This document shows, in pieces, positions 21,513 to 31,204 of a DNA stretch of 64,000 nt. A model generated the notes under the pieces. The model made no database searches, was not told the DNA's origin, and was given only the letters and a program-made list of their open reading frames with translations. This DNA is from an uncultured Alphaproteobacteria bacterium (GTDB taxonomy: Bacteria; Pseudomonadota; Alphaproteobacteria; Rs-D84): NCBI GenBank assembly GCA_963540515.1, contig CAUTNA010000003.1, forward strand, positions 7,301-71,300. Direction: 5' to 3'. A program made the position numbers and the translations under genes. How positions within the stretch are numbered: position 1 is the stretch's first letter; every line of letters starts with the position of its first letter.

Positions 21513-22751
21513 ATGTATGTACTTGCTTTAAATTGTGGTTCTTCTACTTTAAAATTTCAATTATTTGATATAGATACTAAAGTTCCTGTATTTAAAGGAA
21601 ATGCTGAAAAAATAGGTGAAGAATCATCTTTTATAAAGTTTGGTACACTGGATAAAAGTGATAAACTTATTACTAATTTAGATAATCATCTTATTGCTTT
21701 AAATAAAATTATAGATTTACTTAAATCAAATGGAGTTAATTTACAAGATATAAAAGCTGTTGGACATCGTATTGGACATGGTGGAGATAAATTCGCATCT
21801 TCAGTTGAAATAACAGATGAAGTAATACAAACTGTAAAAGATTTATCTGATTTGGCTCCTCTTCATAATCCTGCAAATTTAACTGGTATTATGGCAGCAA
21901 AAGAGATTTTACCAAATGCAACTCAGGTTGGTGTTTTTGATACTGCTTTTCATCAAACAATTCCAGAATATGCTTTCCGTTATGCGGTACCGAACGCTTG
22001 GTATAAAGAACTTGGAGTTCGTAAATATGGATTTCATGGAACATCACATCTTTATGTTTCAAAAAGGGTTGCAAAAGTTCTTGGAAAGCCAGCAGAAAAA
22101 TGTAATATAGTATCTCTTCATATAGGATCTGGTGCTTCTGCTTGTGCAATTAAACATGGAAAAAGTATTGATACGTCACTTGGTATGACACCACTTGAGG
22201 GTTTGATTATGGGTACAAGATGTGGAGATTTAGACGCTTCTGTTCCTTTTTATGTAAAAGAGAAGTTAGGGCTTTCTGATAAACTTATTATGGAGTTTTT
22301 AAATAAAAAATCTGGTGTGCTTGGTATAACTGAATGTTATGCAGATAGAAGAGATGTTCAAGAACATATTGAAGATGATGACAGATGCAGGCTTGCTTTT
22401 GATATGGAAGTTGCAAGAATTAAAAAGTTTGTTGGATCGTATATTGCTGCAATAGGAGAACCTGTTGATGCAATAGTATTTACTGCGGGTGTTGGTGAAA
22501 ATGGCTTTGAATTAAGAGAAGCAGTTTGTGAAAATATGGAACATTTGGGTATTGAACTGGATAAAGAGATAAATGCTAAAACTGCAACTTATCGTGGATG
22601 TAATGAGACAGAGATAAGTAAGAAATCAAGTAAGATAAAAGTATTTATGGTTCCAACAAATGAAGAATTGGTTTTATTAGAAGATACAATTGCTATTATG
22701 AATGGTAATTATAATCCAGATCATTTAAAAATGAATTATAGTTTTATTTAA
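21513..22751 (+). CDS. ackA: Acetate kinase
   Basis: MYVLALNCGSSTLKFQLFD, GHRIGHGG, FDTAFHQT, GFHGTSH, EELVL. Confidence 0.95.
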   Translation: MYVLALNCGSSTLKFQLFDIDTKVPVFKGNAEKIGEESSFIKFGTLDKSDKLITNLDNHLIALNKIIDLLKSNGVNLQDIKAVGHRIGHGGDKFASSVEITDEVIQTVKDLSDLAPLHNPANLTGIMAAKEILPNATQVGVFDTAFHQTIPEYAFRYAVPNAWYKELGVRKYGFHGTSHLYVSKRVAKVLGKPAEKCNIVSLHIGSGASACAIKHGKSIDTSLGMTPLEGLIMGTRCGDLDASVPFYVKEKLGLSDKLIMEFLNKKSGVLGITECYADRRDVQEHIEDDDRCRLAFDMEVARIKKFVGSYIAAIGEPVDAIVFTAGVGENGFELREAVCENMEHLGIELDKEINAKTATYRGCNETEISKKSSKIKVFMVPTNEELVLLEDTIAIMNGNYNPDHLKMNYSFI

Positions 22752-22759
22752 AAATTGTG

Positions 22760-22797
22760 GAAGTAAGATTTTAATTTTAAATCTTACTTCTTTGTTT
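22760..22797 (+). terminator. Rho-independent terminator after ackA
   Basis: Hairpin gaagtaagatt / aatcttacttc followed by tttgttt. Confidence 0.6.
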
Positions 22798-22878
22798 AGT
22801 TATTATTTTAAAACTCTTTAAAATTATGAATATTGTTTTAAATTAAAAGGAAATAGCAATTTTATTGAAGGTATATTT

Positions 22879-24048
22879 ATGTCAGAAAAAATATTTAAAA
22901 TAGAAAAAGGTGGAAAACCAGTTGATGGATCATTTAAAAGAATTTCAAATTTTGAAGATGAAAATTTTAAGTTGGATCCACATTCTTTTGTTGTTTGTGG
23001 GGAAGATATATCTGATTTAGATTTTTCAAATCAAAAAGATGCTTTAGATTTTCTTACATTTGATAATAGAGCTATTTTTCCAAATATTGATAAACTTCCA
23101 CTTGGTTTTGATCCAAATAAAATTTTAGAAGAAGGAAAAAATCCTGGACTTGGTATACGAAATTTACATAAAAAAGGTATAACAGGAAAAGGAATAAATG
23201 TTGCAATTATAGATCAAAGATTAGATACACAGCATCTTGAATTTAAAGATAATTTAATAAATTATAGGGATTGTTTTCTTTCATCTTTTGAAAATAATGC
23301 GGATTTTCATGGAAATGCAGTATCCAGTTTATTATGTGGAAAATCAATAGGAGTATCTCCAGATGTTAAATTAGTATATTTCGCTACAAGCAGTATGCTT
23401 GGAGAACCTAATGAAAAACCATTATTACAAGGTGATAGAAAAATATATGTTTCTTCTTATATAAAAGCATTAAAAAGGATTTTATTTATAAATTCAAAAT
23501 TATCATCAGAAAGGGAAAGATTTTCTGTTGTATCAATCAATTTGGCTGGTTTACATAATAATCAAGAATATATAGAATTAATAAAAGAATTAATAAGTAA
23601 AGGTGTTTTTGTTATATCTTGCGATTCTAGTATTTTTTATGATGGTAAAAGTTTTTGTACTTTAGATCGTAAGATAAATTCAAATCCAGATGATATAAAT
23701 TCTTATTTACCTGGTTATTGGTGGAAAAATAAATCTTTGGAAAATTGTTTGTTAATTCCTGCAGGAGGACGTACAGTTGCAGGATATTTTGGACACAATA
23801 ATTATATATATATTGGAGCAGGTGCAGGAATGTCATGGTCAACACCATATTTAGCAGGTGTTTATGCTTTGATGAAACAGGTATATTTTAACATTACTCC
23901 AAAACTCTTTTGGGATATATGTTTTAAAACTTCTGAGCCTCTTATATATAATGATAAAAAATATGGTATGGTTATACAACCAGAGAGAATGGTAAGATTT
24001 TTAGAAAATGAATTATTAAAAAAAATCCATAAAGATATATCTTTATAA
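22879..24048 (+). CDS. S8 (subtilisin-like) serine peptidase family protein, no obvious signal peptide
   Basis: Catalytic-triad contexts in D-H-S order: VAIIDQ, DFHGNAVSS, GMSWSTPYLAGVYAL. Confidence 0.7.
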   Translation: MSEKIFKIEKGGKPVDGSFKRISNFEDENFKLDPHSFVVCGEDISDLDFSNQKDALDFLTFDNRAIFPNIDKLPLGFDPNKILEEGKNPGLGIRNLHKKGITGKGINVAIIDQRLDTQHLEFKDNLINYRDCFLSSFENNADFHGNAVSSLLCGKSIGVSPDVKLVYFATSSMLGEPNEKPLLQGDRKIYVSSYIKALKRILFINSKLSSERERFSVVSINLAGLHNNQEYIELIKELISKGVFVISCDSSIFYDGKSFCTLDRKINSNPDDINSYLPGYWWKNKSLENCLLIPAGGRTVAGYFGHNNYIYIGAGAGMSWSTPYLAGVYALMKQVYFNITPKLFWDICFKTSEPLIYNDKKYGMVIQPERMVRFLENELLKKIHKDISL

Positions 24049-24145
24049 AGTTTGTTTATTACAATATATAATAAATAAGCTTTAGATATGAATTTATATT
24101 AAAATTTTTTATAAAGTATAACTAAAAAGATTATCTAAAAATAAA

Positions 24146-24176
24146 AAATCACTAGTTAAACCAGTGATTTTTTTTA
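24146..24176. terminator. Bidirectional terminator between convergent genes
   Basis: Hairpin atcact / agtgat with an A-run upstream and T8 downstream. Confidence 0.5.
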
Positions 24177-24202
24177 TATAAAGTAAAAAATTTTTATTTT
24201 AT

Positions 24203-24571
24203 TTAAATATTACAGTTATAAGCATAACTTGATGGCATTTTATATAGATTATCTGTAACTGCATCAACAAATACTGGTATTAATCCAAGAAAAAATCCAG
24301 GAAATACATCAAGAAAAATTGCAACAACATTAGGCTTATTGTTTATATTTACCTGAGGACAATCAGAGCGTGGGTTTGAAATTGATAAATTATTATCTGA
24401 ATAAACAACTAAATTTTTATTTGATGATATTTTATAAATTCCAGAACTGGAAGTTACTGTTATAGTATCTTTTGAATTATTAAATATATTCGTTTCATGG
24501 TTTGAACCAATTCCCATAGCACCACATCCACTAAGAGATACAATAATCATTAAATTTAATAATTTTTTCAT
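24203..24571 (-). CDS. Small lipoprotein
   Basis: Lipobox MKKLLNLMIIVSLSGC. Last gene of the five-gene same-strand cluster after obg. Confidence 0.6.
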   Translation of the reverse strand: MKKLLNLMIIVSLSGCGAMGIGSNHETNIFNNSKDTITVTSSSGIYKISSNKNLVVYSDNNLSISNPRSDCPQVNINNKPNVVAIFLDVFPGFFLGLIPVFVDAVTDNLYKMPSSYAYNCNI

Positions 24572-24650
24572 ATAATTTTATTCCTTTGATAATACAAATT
24601 TACTATTAGGTGTTTTTCTAATATATCTATTTATATTTATCAAATCAAAT

Positions 24651-25298
24651 TTAAAATTTATAAAGATAGCCTATATTTAAACTAGTGATAGTGGTTATAT
24701 AAAACAATGGGAAATCTAAACTTTTATTTATGATTAAATATGCATTTGGTTTTAAAGATAGTAAAATTGAGTTATTTTCATTTATATTATAACTAAGTCC
24801 AAATATTATTCCAAAATTAAGATAATATCTTTCATAAAAATCATTTAACAATTCACTTTTATCTGTTGTTGTTTTGGTTAATCCTAAAACTCCACCAAGC
24901 TCGAAATCAAAAGATTTATTAAGATTTGTTAGGGATGATATATTTAACAGAAAATTATTTGACTCTGATCTAAAAGAAATACTTTTGTTTATATTATAGA
25001 AATTGATATTTCCATAACCTTTTGAATTTGAAAACTCAAATCCAATTTTTAGATTATCTAAAATTATACCTGTTTGAATATCAAATTTTTTATTTAAAGA
25101 ATTTGATATAAATAATTTTGAATTATACTTATCTTCTAACAAATTAAAATTTTTTGTCCTAATATTTTGTAATCCAATATTTAAGTTAATATAAATATTT
25201 GAATCTTCTGTATCGAATAAATTATCTATTACACTTTTAGCAAATAGATTTTGAACAAAGAAAGTAGATAAGATAACTATTAATAACTTTTTTGACAT
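24651..25298 (-). CDS. Outer-membrane beta-barrel protein (small porin/OmpW-like size)
   Basis: Signal peptide MSKKLLIVILSTFFVQNLFA, alternating hydrophobic beta pattern, C-terminal beta-signal-like NIGYLYKF. Confidence 0.6.
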   Translation of the reverse strand: MSKKLLIVILSTFFVQNLFAKSVIDNLFDTEDSNIYINLNIGLQNIRTKNFNLLEDKYNSKLFISNSLNKKFDIQTGIILDNLKIGFEFSNSKGYGNINFYNINKSISFRSESNNFLLNISSLTNLNKSFDFELGGVLGLTKTTTDKSELLNDFYERYYLNFGIIFGLSYNINENNSILLSLKPNAYLIINKSLDFPLFYITTITSLNIGYLYKF

Positions 25299-25879
25299 TC
25301 AAATTCCATATAATTATGATAACGATTTAAAATATTTTTATTTCTGAACTTATGAATTGCAAGAAATTTTGATATTTGTATGAAAAAAATACAATATTCT
25401 TCAAATATTTTATTCATATTTTTTGTTTTATCATAATATTTTGAAAATTCTGCTAATTCCACAAAAGTCTCCATTTCTGGTTCGTATTCATTTTCTGTAT
25501 TATAAATAAAACTATATTTCATAATTATTTCACGCATTTTTAAAAAATCAAATAACATATCTAATAATTTATTTCTTATATTTGGTTTATTAAAATGATT
25601 TAAATCATTTATCATTCTTTCTATTGCACCACGTGCAAATTGAATATTTATATGAAGTGGATTGGTATCTTTATAATTTAAAAGTCTTCTGAATTGTTCA
25701 TATTCACTAACTAATTTCTGATCATTCAATAATTCTTTAATTTCCCTTATTTTTATCCTAGTACTAATTATTTTTTTCATAATATAACTTCTTTCTATAA
25801 TTTTGGATAAGAATTTCATTCTAATAAAGTTTTTTTCTAATTTCAAATATACTTGATATACATAAAGAAACTCGTTCAC
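25280..25879 (-). CDS. Hypothetical cytoplasmic protein (start uncertain; internal Met candidates)
   Basis: ORF only, helical-looking. Overlaps the upstream gene by 59 nt and the downstream gene by 19 nt. Confidence 0.45.
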   Translation of the reverse strand: MNEFLYVYQVYLKLEKNFIRMKFLSKIIERSYIMKKIISTRIKIREIKELLNDQKLVSEYEQFRRLLNYKDTNPLHINIQFARGAIERMINDLNHFNKPNIRNKLLDMLFDFLKMREIIMKYSFIYNTENEYEPEMETFVELAEFSKYYDKTKNMNKIFEEYCIFFIQISKFLAIHKFRNKNILNRYHNYMEFECQKSY

Positions 25880-26441
25880 TTAAATTTTTCCTATAATTTT
25901 CTTTAAACGTATCATCAATTGTTGTATAATGTCCGCCTGTTAATTCGAATATTTGTATTTGTTGTTCATTTAGAAAACCAAGTCCATTATGATCTAGAAT
26001 ATGATTTATCTCATGTGCAAGTGTTCCTAAAAACTCGCTTAAAGTAAATTTATGATCAGAATTAAGCCAAATTTCTCCTTCCTTTTTTTCTGTGTCTTTA
26101 TTAAATGAATATCCTTTATCATCGTATTCTTTTTCTTTTATACAAGCAAACCCTAAGCAATTTTCATTTTCAGGAAGTTCTTTTTTGAATGAAACAAATT
26201 TTAAATCTACTTTTAATCCATACTTTTTTAAATTAAAATATTTCTGTAAAATTGTTTTTGCAAATTCTTTAATTTCTTTTCCTAATTCATCATCTTCTTT
26301 TCTTAATTTATTGTCTTGATTTTTTTTATTTTCAATTTCTCTTTTTTTCAAATTAAAAATTTCTATAAATGACTGAAATTGTTTTGCATAATTAGATAAA
26401 AATTTTTCTGTCTTTATTAAATATATAATTTCTTTAAACAT
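25821..26441 (-). CDS. Putative zinc metallopeptidase-like protein (HExxH)
   Basis: Motif LGTLAHEINHILDHNG. No signal peptide; N-terminal charged coiled-coil-like region. Confidence 0.55.
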   Translation of the reverse strand: MFKEIIYLIKTEKFLSNYAKQFQSFIEIFNLKKREIENKKNQDNKLRKEDDELGKEIKEFAKTILQKYFNLKKYGLKVDLKFVSFKKELPENENCLGFACIKEKEYDDKGYSFNKDTEKKEGEIWLNSDHKFTLSEFLGTLAHEINHILDHNGLGFLNEQQIQIFELTGGHYTTIDDTFKENYRKNLSERVSLCISSIFEIRKKLY

Positions 26442-26929
26442 TTTTTAGAATATTTTATAACTCCATTTAAATCAATTGCATCTTGAAAGTAAATTGATGT
26501 TTTAGATCGTTTTGATAAATCTAAACCTTTCAAATATTTTAATATTTTATTAAAAAAAATATCTTTATATTCTGGAAAATTTTTATCTAAAGTTTTTTTC
26601 TTTATAATAAATAAACTTTCTGTTTCTGTATATTCTATGTTATTTATATAAAGATAATGCTTTATATATTCAAATATCCTTTTACTATATTTTTTGAAAA
26701 TAGATTTATCTATATTATATGAAATAGTTATATTTTTCCTATCAAAACCAAACGAACAAAACATAGAATTAAGATGTCTAAATTCACCTAAATCAATATA
26801 TTTATCTTCATATTGTTTAGATAGATAATTTTCTAGTTTATCCAAAACTGGAAAACCCGTTCCATTAATAACAGGATTTTTATTAAAACTGTAAGAGCAA
26901 CCGATCTCAAAATATCCTTTCTCAATCAT
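26417..26929 (-). CDS. Hypothetical protein, first gene after obg
   Basis: ORF only; 25-nt overlap with the next gene; no motif recognised. Confidence 0.5.
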   Translation of the reverse strand: MIEKGYFEIGCSYSFNKNPVINGTGFPVLDKLENYLSKQYEDKYIDLGEFRHLNSMFCSFGFDRKNITISYNIDKSIFKKYSKRIFEYIKHYLYINNIEYTETESLFIIKKKTLDKNFPEYKDIFFNKILKYLKGLDLSKRSKTSIYFQDAIDLNGVIKYSKKCLKKLYI

Positions 26930-26977
26930 AATGCTAGATAGTTTATACTTAAATATTAATTTGTCAATATTATGTTT

Positions 26978-27976
<999 letters not shown>

Positions 27977-28029
27977 CTAAAAAACTTGATTTTTCCAGTT
28001 ATTTAATTAAAATGACTATGTCACTTTTG

Positions 28030-28380
28030 TGATGATAATTCTGAACTCGTTGCGGAATAACCGTTTTGGACTGGGGGGCAGTTCCCCACAGCTCCACCAT
28101 CTTTAAGGGTGAGTTTAGAGATTATAAATAAGTTTTATAATTTGTTTATGATCTTCTGGGGCTGAAATTAGTATCGACAGACGTAATAAAGGCAAATCGA
28201 CTGAATTCGGGTAGTTTCGTAAGAACTGATAAAAACTGAATGGCGATAGAATCGCTGCGAACGATACAGTTCGCTTTGCAATGGCTGCCTAATTAGGTTT
28301 TGAGACATTACTGGCAATTGTTGGTAGTCTCGATTGCTTTTGCGGGGTTTCCTATCACCTGGCAACAGAAGATAGGGTTT
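28030..28380 (+). ncRNA. ssrA: Two-piece (circularly permuted) tmRNA gene: acceptor piece ending CCA at 28099, ~58-nt intervening segment, coding piece starting GGGGCTG at 28158
   Basis: The 3' piece ...TGGGGGGCAGTTCCCCACAGCTCCACCA has a T-arm plus acceptor strand. The downstream 5' end GGGGCTGAAATTAGTATCGAC pairs with CAGCTCC, including the G3:U70 wobble. The tag ORF ends MAA-TAA. The outer boundaries are approximate. Confidence 0.8.
28257..28292 (+). other. tmRNA tag reading frame ANDTVRFAMAA-stop (the resume codon may be the preceding GCT)
   Basis: GCG AAC GAT ACA GTT CGC TTT GCA ATG GCT GCC TAA. The AND... start and ..AA end are typical of alphaproteobacterial tags. Confidence 0.7.
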
Positions 28381-28406
28381 TATTTATTAAAGAAAACGAG
28401 GAAAAA

Positions 28407-28649
28407 ATGGGAAAACTTAGAAAAATATTTTTTAATTCTATATTTGTACTTTTATATCTATCTTTCTTAGCTCAATTTATTTATATTTTAATTAGAGTAG
28501 GCAGAACAGATTTGAGTGAAAAAATTGGATTTTTAGGACTTATTTCTATTGAATGGTTGATTTTGATGACTTCTAGATTTATGTATAGAAAAGTAGGGTC
28601 AAATAATTCTTATTCTGGTGGAAATTCTCATAACAGAAGATTTAATTAA
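28407..28649 (+). CDS. Small membrane protein (2 predicted TM)
   Basis: GAGGA SD 5 nt upstream, two hydrophobic segments, good terminator downstream. Confidence 0.5.
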   Translation: MGKLRKIFFNSIFVLLYLSFLAQFIYILIRVGRTDLSEKIGFLGLISIEWLILMTSRFMYRKVGSNNSYSGGNSHNRRFN

Positions 28650-28669
28650 TATTTATAGAAATCTTTAAT

Positions 28670-28695
28670 CCCGCTCTTAATGCGGGTTTTTATTT
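28670..28695 (+). terminator. Rho-independent terminator
   Basis: cccgc-tcttaat-gcggg followed by ttttttattt. Confidence 0.65.
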
Positions 28696-28697
28696 AA

Positions 28698-28720
28698 ATA
28701 AAAAAGCCTCTTTAGAGGCT
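28698..28720 (-). terminator. Rho-independent terminator for 28739-28987
   Basis: agcctc-ttta-gaggct, with a T-run on the minus strand. Confidence 0.6.
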
Positions 28721-28738
28721 TTAAAAAACTAAAAAAAT

Positions 28739-28987
28739 TTATTTTTTGTTTTTCTTAACTGTTGATTTAGTTATTTTAGTTTTAGGTGTCTTTTTTACAG
28801 ATGTATTTTTAAATTCTGTATATAATTTTTGACCACATACATAGCAACCAAATGCAGATAAAGCTGTTATAGTACCTGCAAGTAATCCATCACAGAAAAT
28901 GGCAAATAAAATTACAAAAAAACATAATCCAATAACATATTGAGGATTTTTTTGGATAATTGATGATATTTTCTTTAAGTTATTCAT
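28739..28987 (-). CDS. Small membrane protein with Lys-rich tail
   Basis: AAGGAA SD; two hydrophobic segments; C-terminus KKTPKTKITKSTVKKNKK. Confidence 0.5.
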   Translation of the reverse strand: MNNLKKISSIIQKNPQYVIGLCFFVILFAIFCDGLLAGTITALSAFGCYVCGQKLYTEFKNTSVKKTPKTKITKSTVKKNKK

Positions 28988-29010
28988 TTTTATTCCTTAA
29001 TTTATAAAGT

Positions 29011-29595
29011 TTAAAATATAATATTACCTTCTAATTTTGATCCTTTTGGAAAATTACCAAAAGATACATTTTCTGTAATATATATATTGCCTGTTATTGT
29101 AAACTTACCACAGAATTTTAATCTTCCAAGATTTCGTAAAAATAAATTTCCTTTTATAGATACATCACAAGGCAAAGTATAATTATACATATTTTGTACA
29201 TATAAATTACCAACCAAGTTTTCATTCTGTCTTATAGAATCTATACTATTTTTTCCATCTACAATAACATCACCATATCTATTATAAACCTTATCCTTAT
29301 TCTTGCAATTTATATTTTTATTAATAGGTATATTTTCTTTTATCTTTATTTTATTTGACTCTATCTTGTGTGTATTTTTATAAACAACAATAAGTTTTGT
29401 CTTATTTGTTTTATTAGTTGATTTGTATGCATTAATTATTTCGAAAGTTAGAATTGTAAAAAATACAAATAAAAATGAAAGTAATGTCACATTTGATATT
29501 CCAACAATATCAGTCGATTTAATATAATTTTTTAAATTATCTAAAAAATATTTAAATTTATTTTTTAAATTTCTTAGTTTTTCTTTTACATTCAT
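29011..29595 (-). CDS. Membrane-anchored protein with repeated G-N-[LI]-[YF] beta-helix-like C-terminal region
   Basis: One TM (VTLLSFLFVFFTILTF). C-terminal recurring units VGNLYVQN / IKGNLFLRN / ITGNIYITEN / LEGNIIF, reminiscent of bactofilin or other beta-helix repeats. Confidence 0.45.
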   Translation of the reverse strand: MNVKEKLRNLKNKFKYFLDNLKNYIKSTDIVGISNVTLLSFLFVFFTILTFEIINAYKSTNKTNKTKLIVVYKNTHKIESNKIKIKENIPINKNINCKNKDKVYNRYGDVIVDGKNSIDSIRQNENLVGNLYVQNMYNYTLPCDVSIKGNLFLRNLGRLKFCGKFTITGNIYITENVSFGNFPKGSKLEGNIIF

Positions 29596-29702
29596 ATATT
29601 ATACCAGTTTTGACTAAATATATTTACGCAAAATATATTTGTCAAGTTATTTATAACTTGTATGAAAAAAATATAATCTTTGATATAATTACCTAGATAA
29701 TT

Positions 29703-30719
29703 ATGAAATTTATAAGAATATTTTACATATTTTTAATTTGTGTTTTATCTTTACATTCTTTTGGACAATCAAAAGAATGTAGATTTGAAAAGATTGATGA
29801 AAGTACTACTATTACCAAAAATTTATTATTATCAGGAGTATCTCCTGATCTAGTTGTCTATATTTGTGAAAATACTTGTATAAACGATATTGAAGGTAAT
29901 AGTACTGATAATATTGATTATATTTGTTTATGTGAAAAAAATGATTGTACTTGGTTTGCCCATAGAGATAGAAATGGAAAATCTGAAGGTAATAAATATA
30001 TTGGAACAAATAGTGTTTGGATTTGTGATATAGGAGATCATGAAAAAATGTTTAATATCAAGGGGTTATTAAACGATAATGCTGTAAAAATATATTTATC
30101 AGAAGTTAAATATTTTTGTAATTCTTTAATTCCAAATGTCACAGAAGGTTTTTACAAGTATAATAATAGATTTTTCGCTGATAGAGAAAGTTTTGTATAT
30201 AAAAAATATTCAGATATTAATAGATTAGGAGGTTATTTGTATTCTAGTATTTTAATCAGTAGAAAAGAAAATAAAAATAATGAAGAGATATTTTATAAAA
30301 TAATGTCTAATTCAAATTATGATGAAAAAGAAAAAATAGATCTATTGCAACAACAATTAGATGGAAAACAAATTAATCTTAAAGAAAATGATGTGGCAAA
30401 AAATCAAATATCTAATAAAGAACAGAATTACAATATTAAAGATATAAAAGGAAAAATAGAAAATATAAAAGATAGAATATTAGAAGTACAAAATAAATTA
30501 AAAACAAGTGTATGGAAAGATAAGGATGGAAAATTTAATAAACACAGATTATTATCAGACAGTATAGCGGGAGTAGTATTAGGAACTGCTGGAGGACTTA
30601 TAACAAGTACAGTAATGAAGAAAGTACAAGTAAAAAATGGTTATGAAGATATACAGTGTACAATAAACGGTCAATCAGTAGCCTCTTATGGTGATGAGTT
30701 TAGTGTCGGGAGAAAATAA
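29703..30719 (+). CDS. Secreted protein, copy B of the constant-tail family (Cys-rich head)
   Basis: Signal peptide MKFIRIFYIFLICVLSLHSFG, Cys-rich head, Asn/Lys-rich coiled linker. It then carries the same 72-aa tail as 15379-16209 and 33595-34272, ending SVGRK. Confidence 0.75.
   Translation: MKFIRIFYIFLICVLSLHSFGQSKECRFEKIDESTTITKNLLLSGVSPDLVVYICENTCINDIEGNSTDNIDYICLCEKNDCTWFAHRDRNGKSEGNKYIGTNSVWICDIGDHEKMFNIKGLLNDNAVKIYLSEVKYFCNSLIPNVTEGFYKYNNRFFADRESFVYKKYSDINRLGGYLYSSILISRKENKNNEEIFYKIMSNSNYDEKEKIDLLQQQLDGKQINLKENDVAKNQISNKEQNYNIKDIKGKIENIKDRILEVQNKLKTSVWKDKDGKFNKHRLLSDSIAGVVLGTAGGLITSTVMKKVQVKNGYEDIQCTINGQSVASYGDEFSVGRK
30501..30719 (+). repeat. 219-nt conserved C-terminal coding module, copy B
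   Basis: Near-identical to the reverse complement of 15379-15597 and to 34054-34272. Homology begins at codon AAA ACA AGT GTA TGG and ends at the stop codon. Confidence 0.9.
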
Positions 30720-30749
30720 CTTAATAATAAAAAAATGAAAGGAGTAGAA

Positions 30750-31133
30750 ATGAACAAATATATATTAGCTTTATTGATTTTACCAATTGCTTTTACATTA
30801 AATGATGCAATGGCTAAAATAAAAAATTGTCCTTGTGGTAATGTTATTGGGGATTGGGATGATTACAATATTGATGGTTTACATAAAAAAGATAAAAGTT
30901 TGTTTCGTATAGATGTAAGCAATAAAAAGAGTAAAAATCTTGTCGCTAATTTTGCAACTTGTAGGTGTAGTGCAAATTGTGTTAAATCTAAAAAAAGATC
31001 TTCTGTTGTATTAACAAGTAATCCACCAGTTTATGTTGATTATGTTTGTTCAAAAAACAAGAATGGATATATGTGGCTTAGAACCGAGATAAGAGGAAAA
31101 AAGGTTAAAAATAGCAAACCAATGCCATTATAA
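30750..31133 (+). CDS. Small secreted Cys-rich basic protein
   Basis: AGGAG SD 6 nt before the ATG at 30750; signal peptide MNKYILALLILPIAFTLNDAMA; CPC and CRC motifs. Begins 30 nt after copy B. Confidence 0.55.
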   Translation: MNKYILALLILPIAFTLNDAMAKIKNCPCGNVIGDWDDYNIDGLHKKDKSLFRIDVSNKKSKNLVANFATCRCSANCVKSKKRSSVVLTSNPPVYVDYVCSKNKNGYMWLRTEIRGKKVKNSKPMPL

Positions 31134-31161
31134 TTATCTTTCAATAAAGATAAACAATTTA

Positions 31162-31190
31162 AAAGACACATTTTTGTGTCTTTTTATTTT
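31162..31190. terminator. Bidirectional terminator between 30750-31133 and prfB
   Basis: gacaca-tttt-tgtgtc flanked by A-run and T-run. Confidence 0.6.
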
Positions 31191-31204
31191 AGATAAAAAC
31201 TCTA

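Noticed and set aside
28168-28365. 65-aa ORF on the minus strand
   Set aside because: It fully overlaps the tmRNA coding piece, and its relatively high GC is explained by RNA structure.
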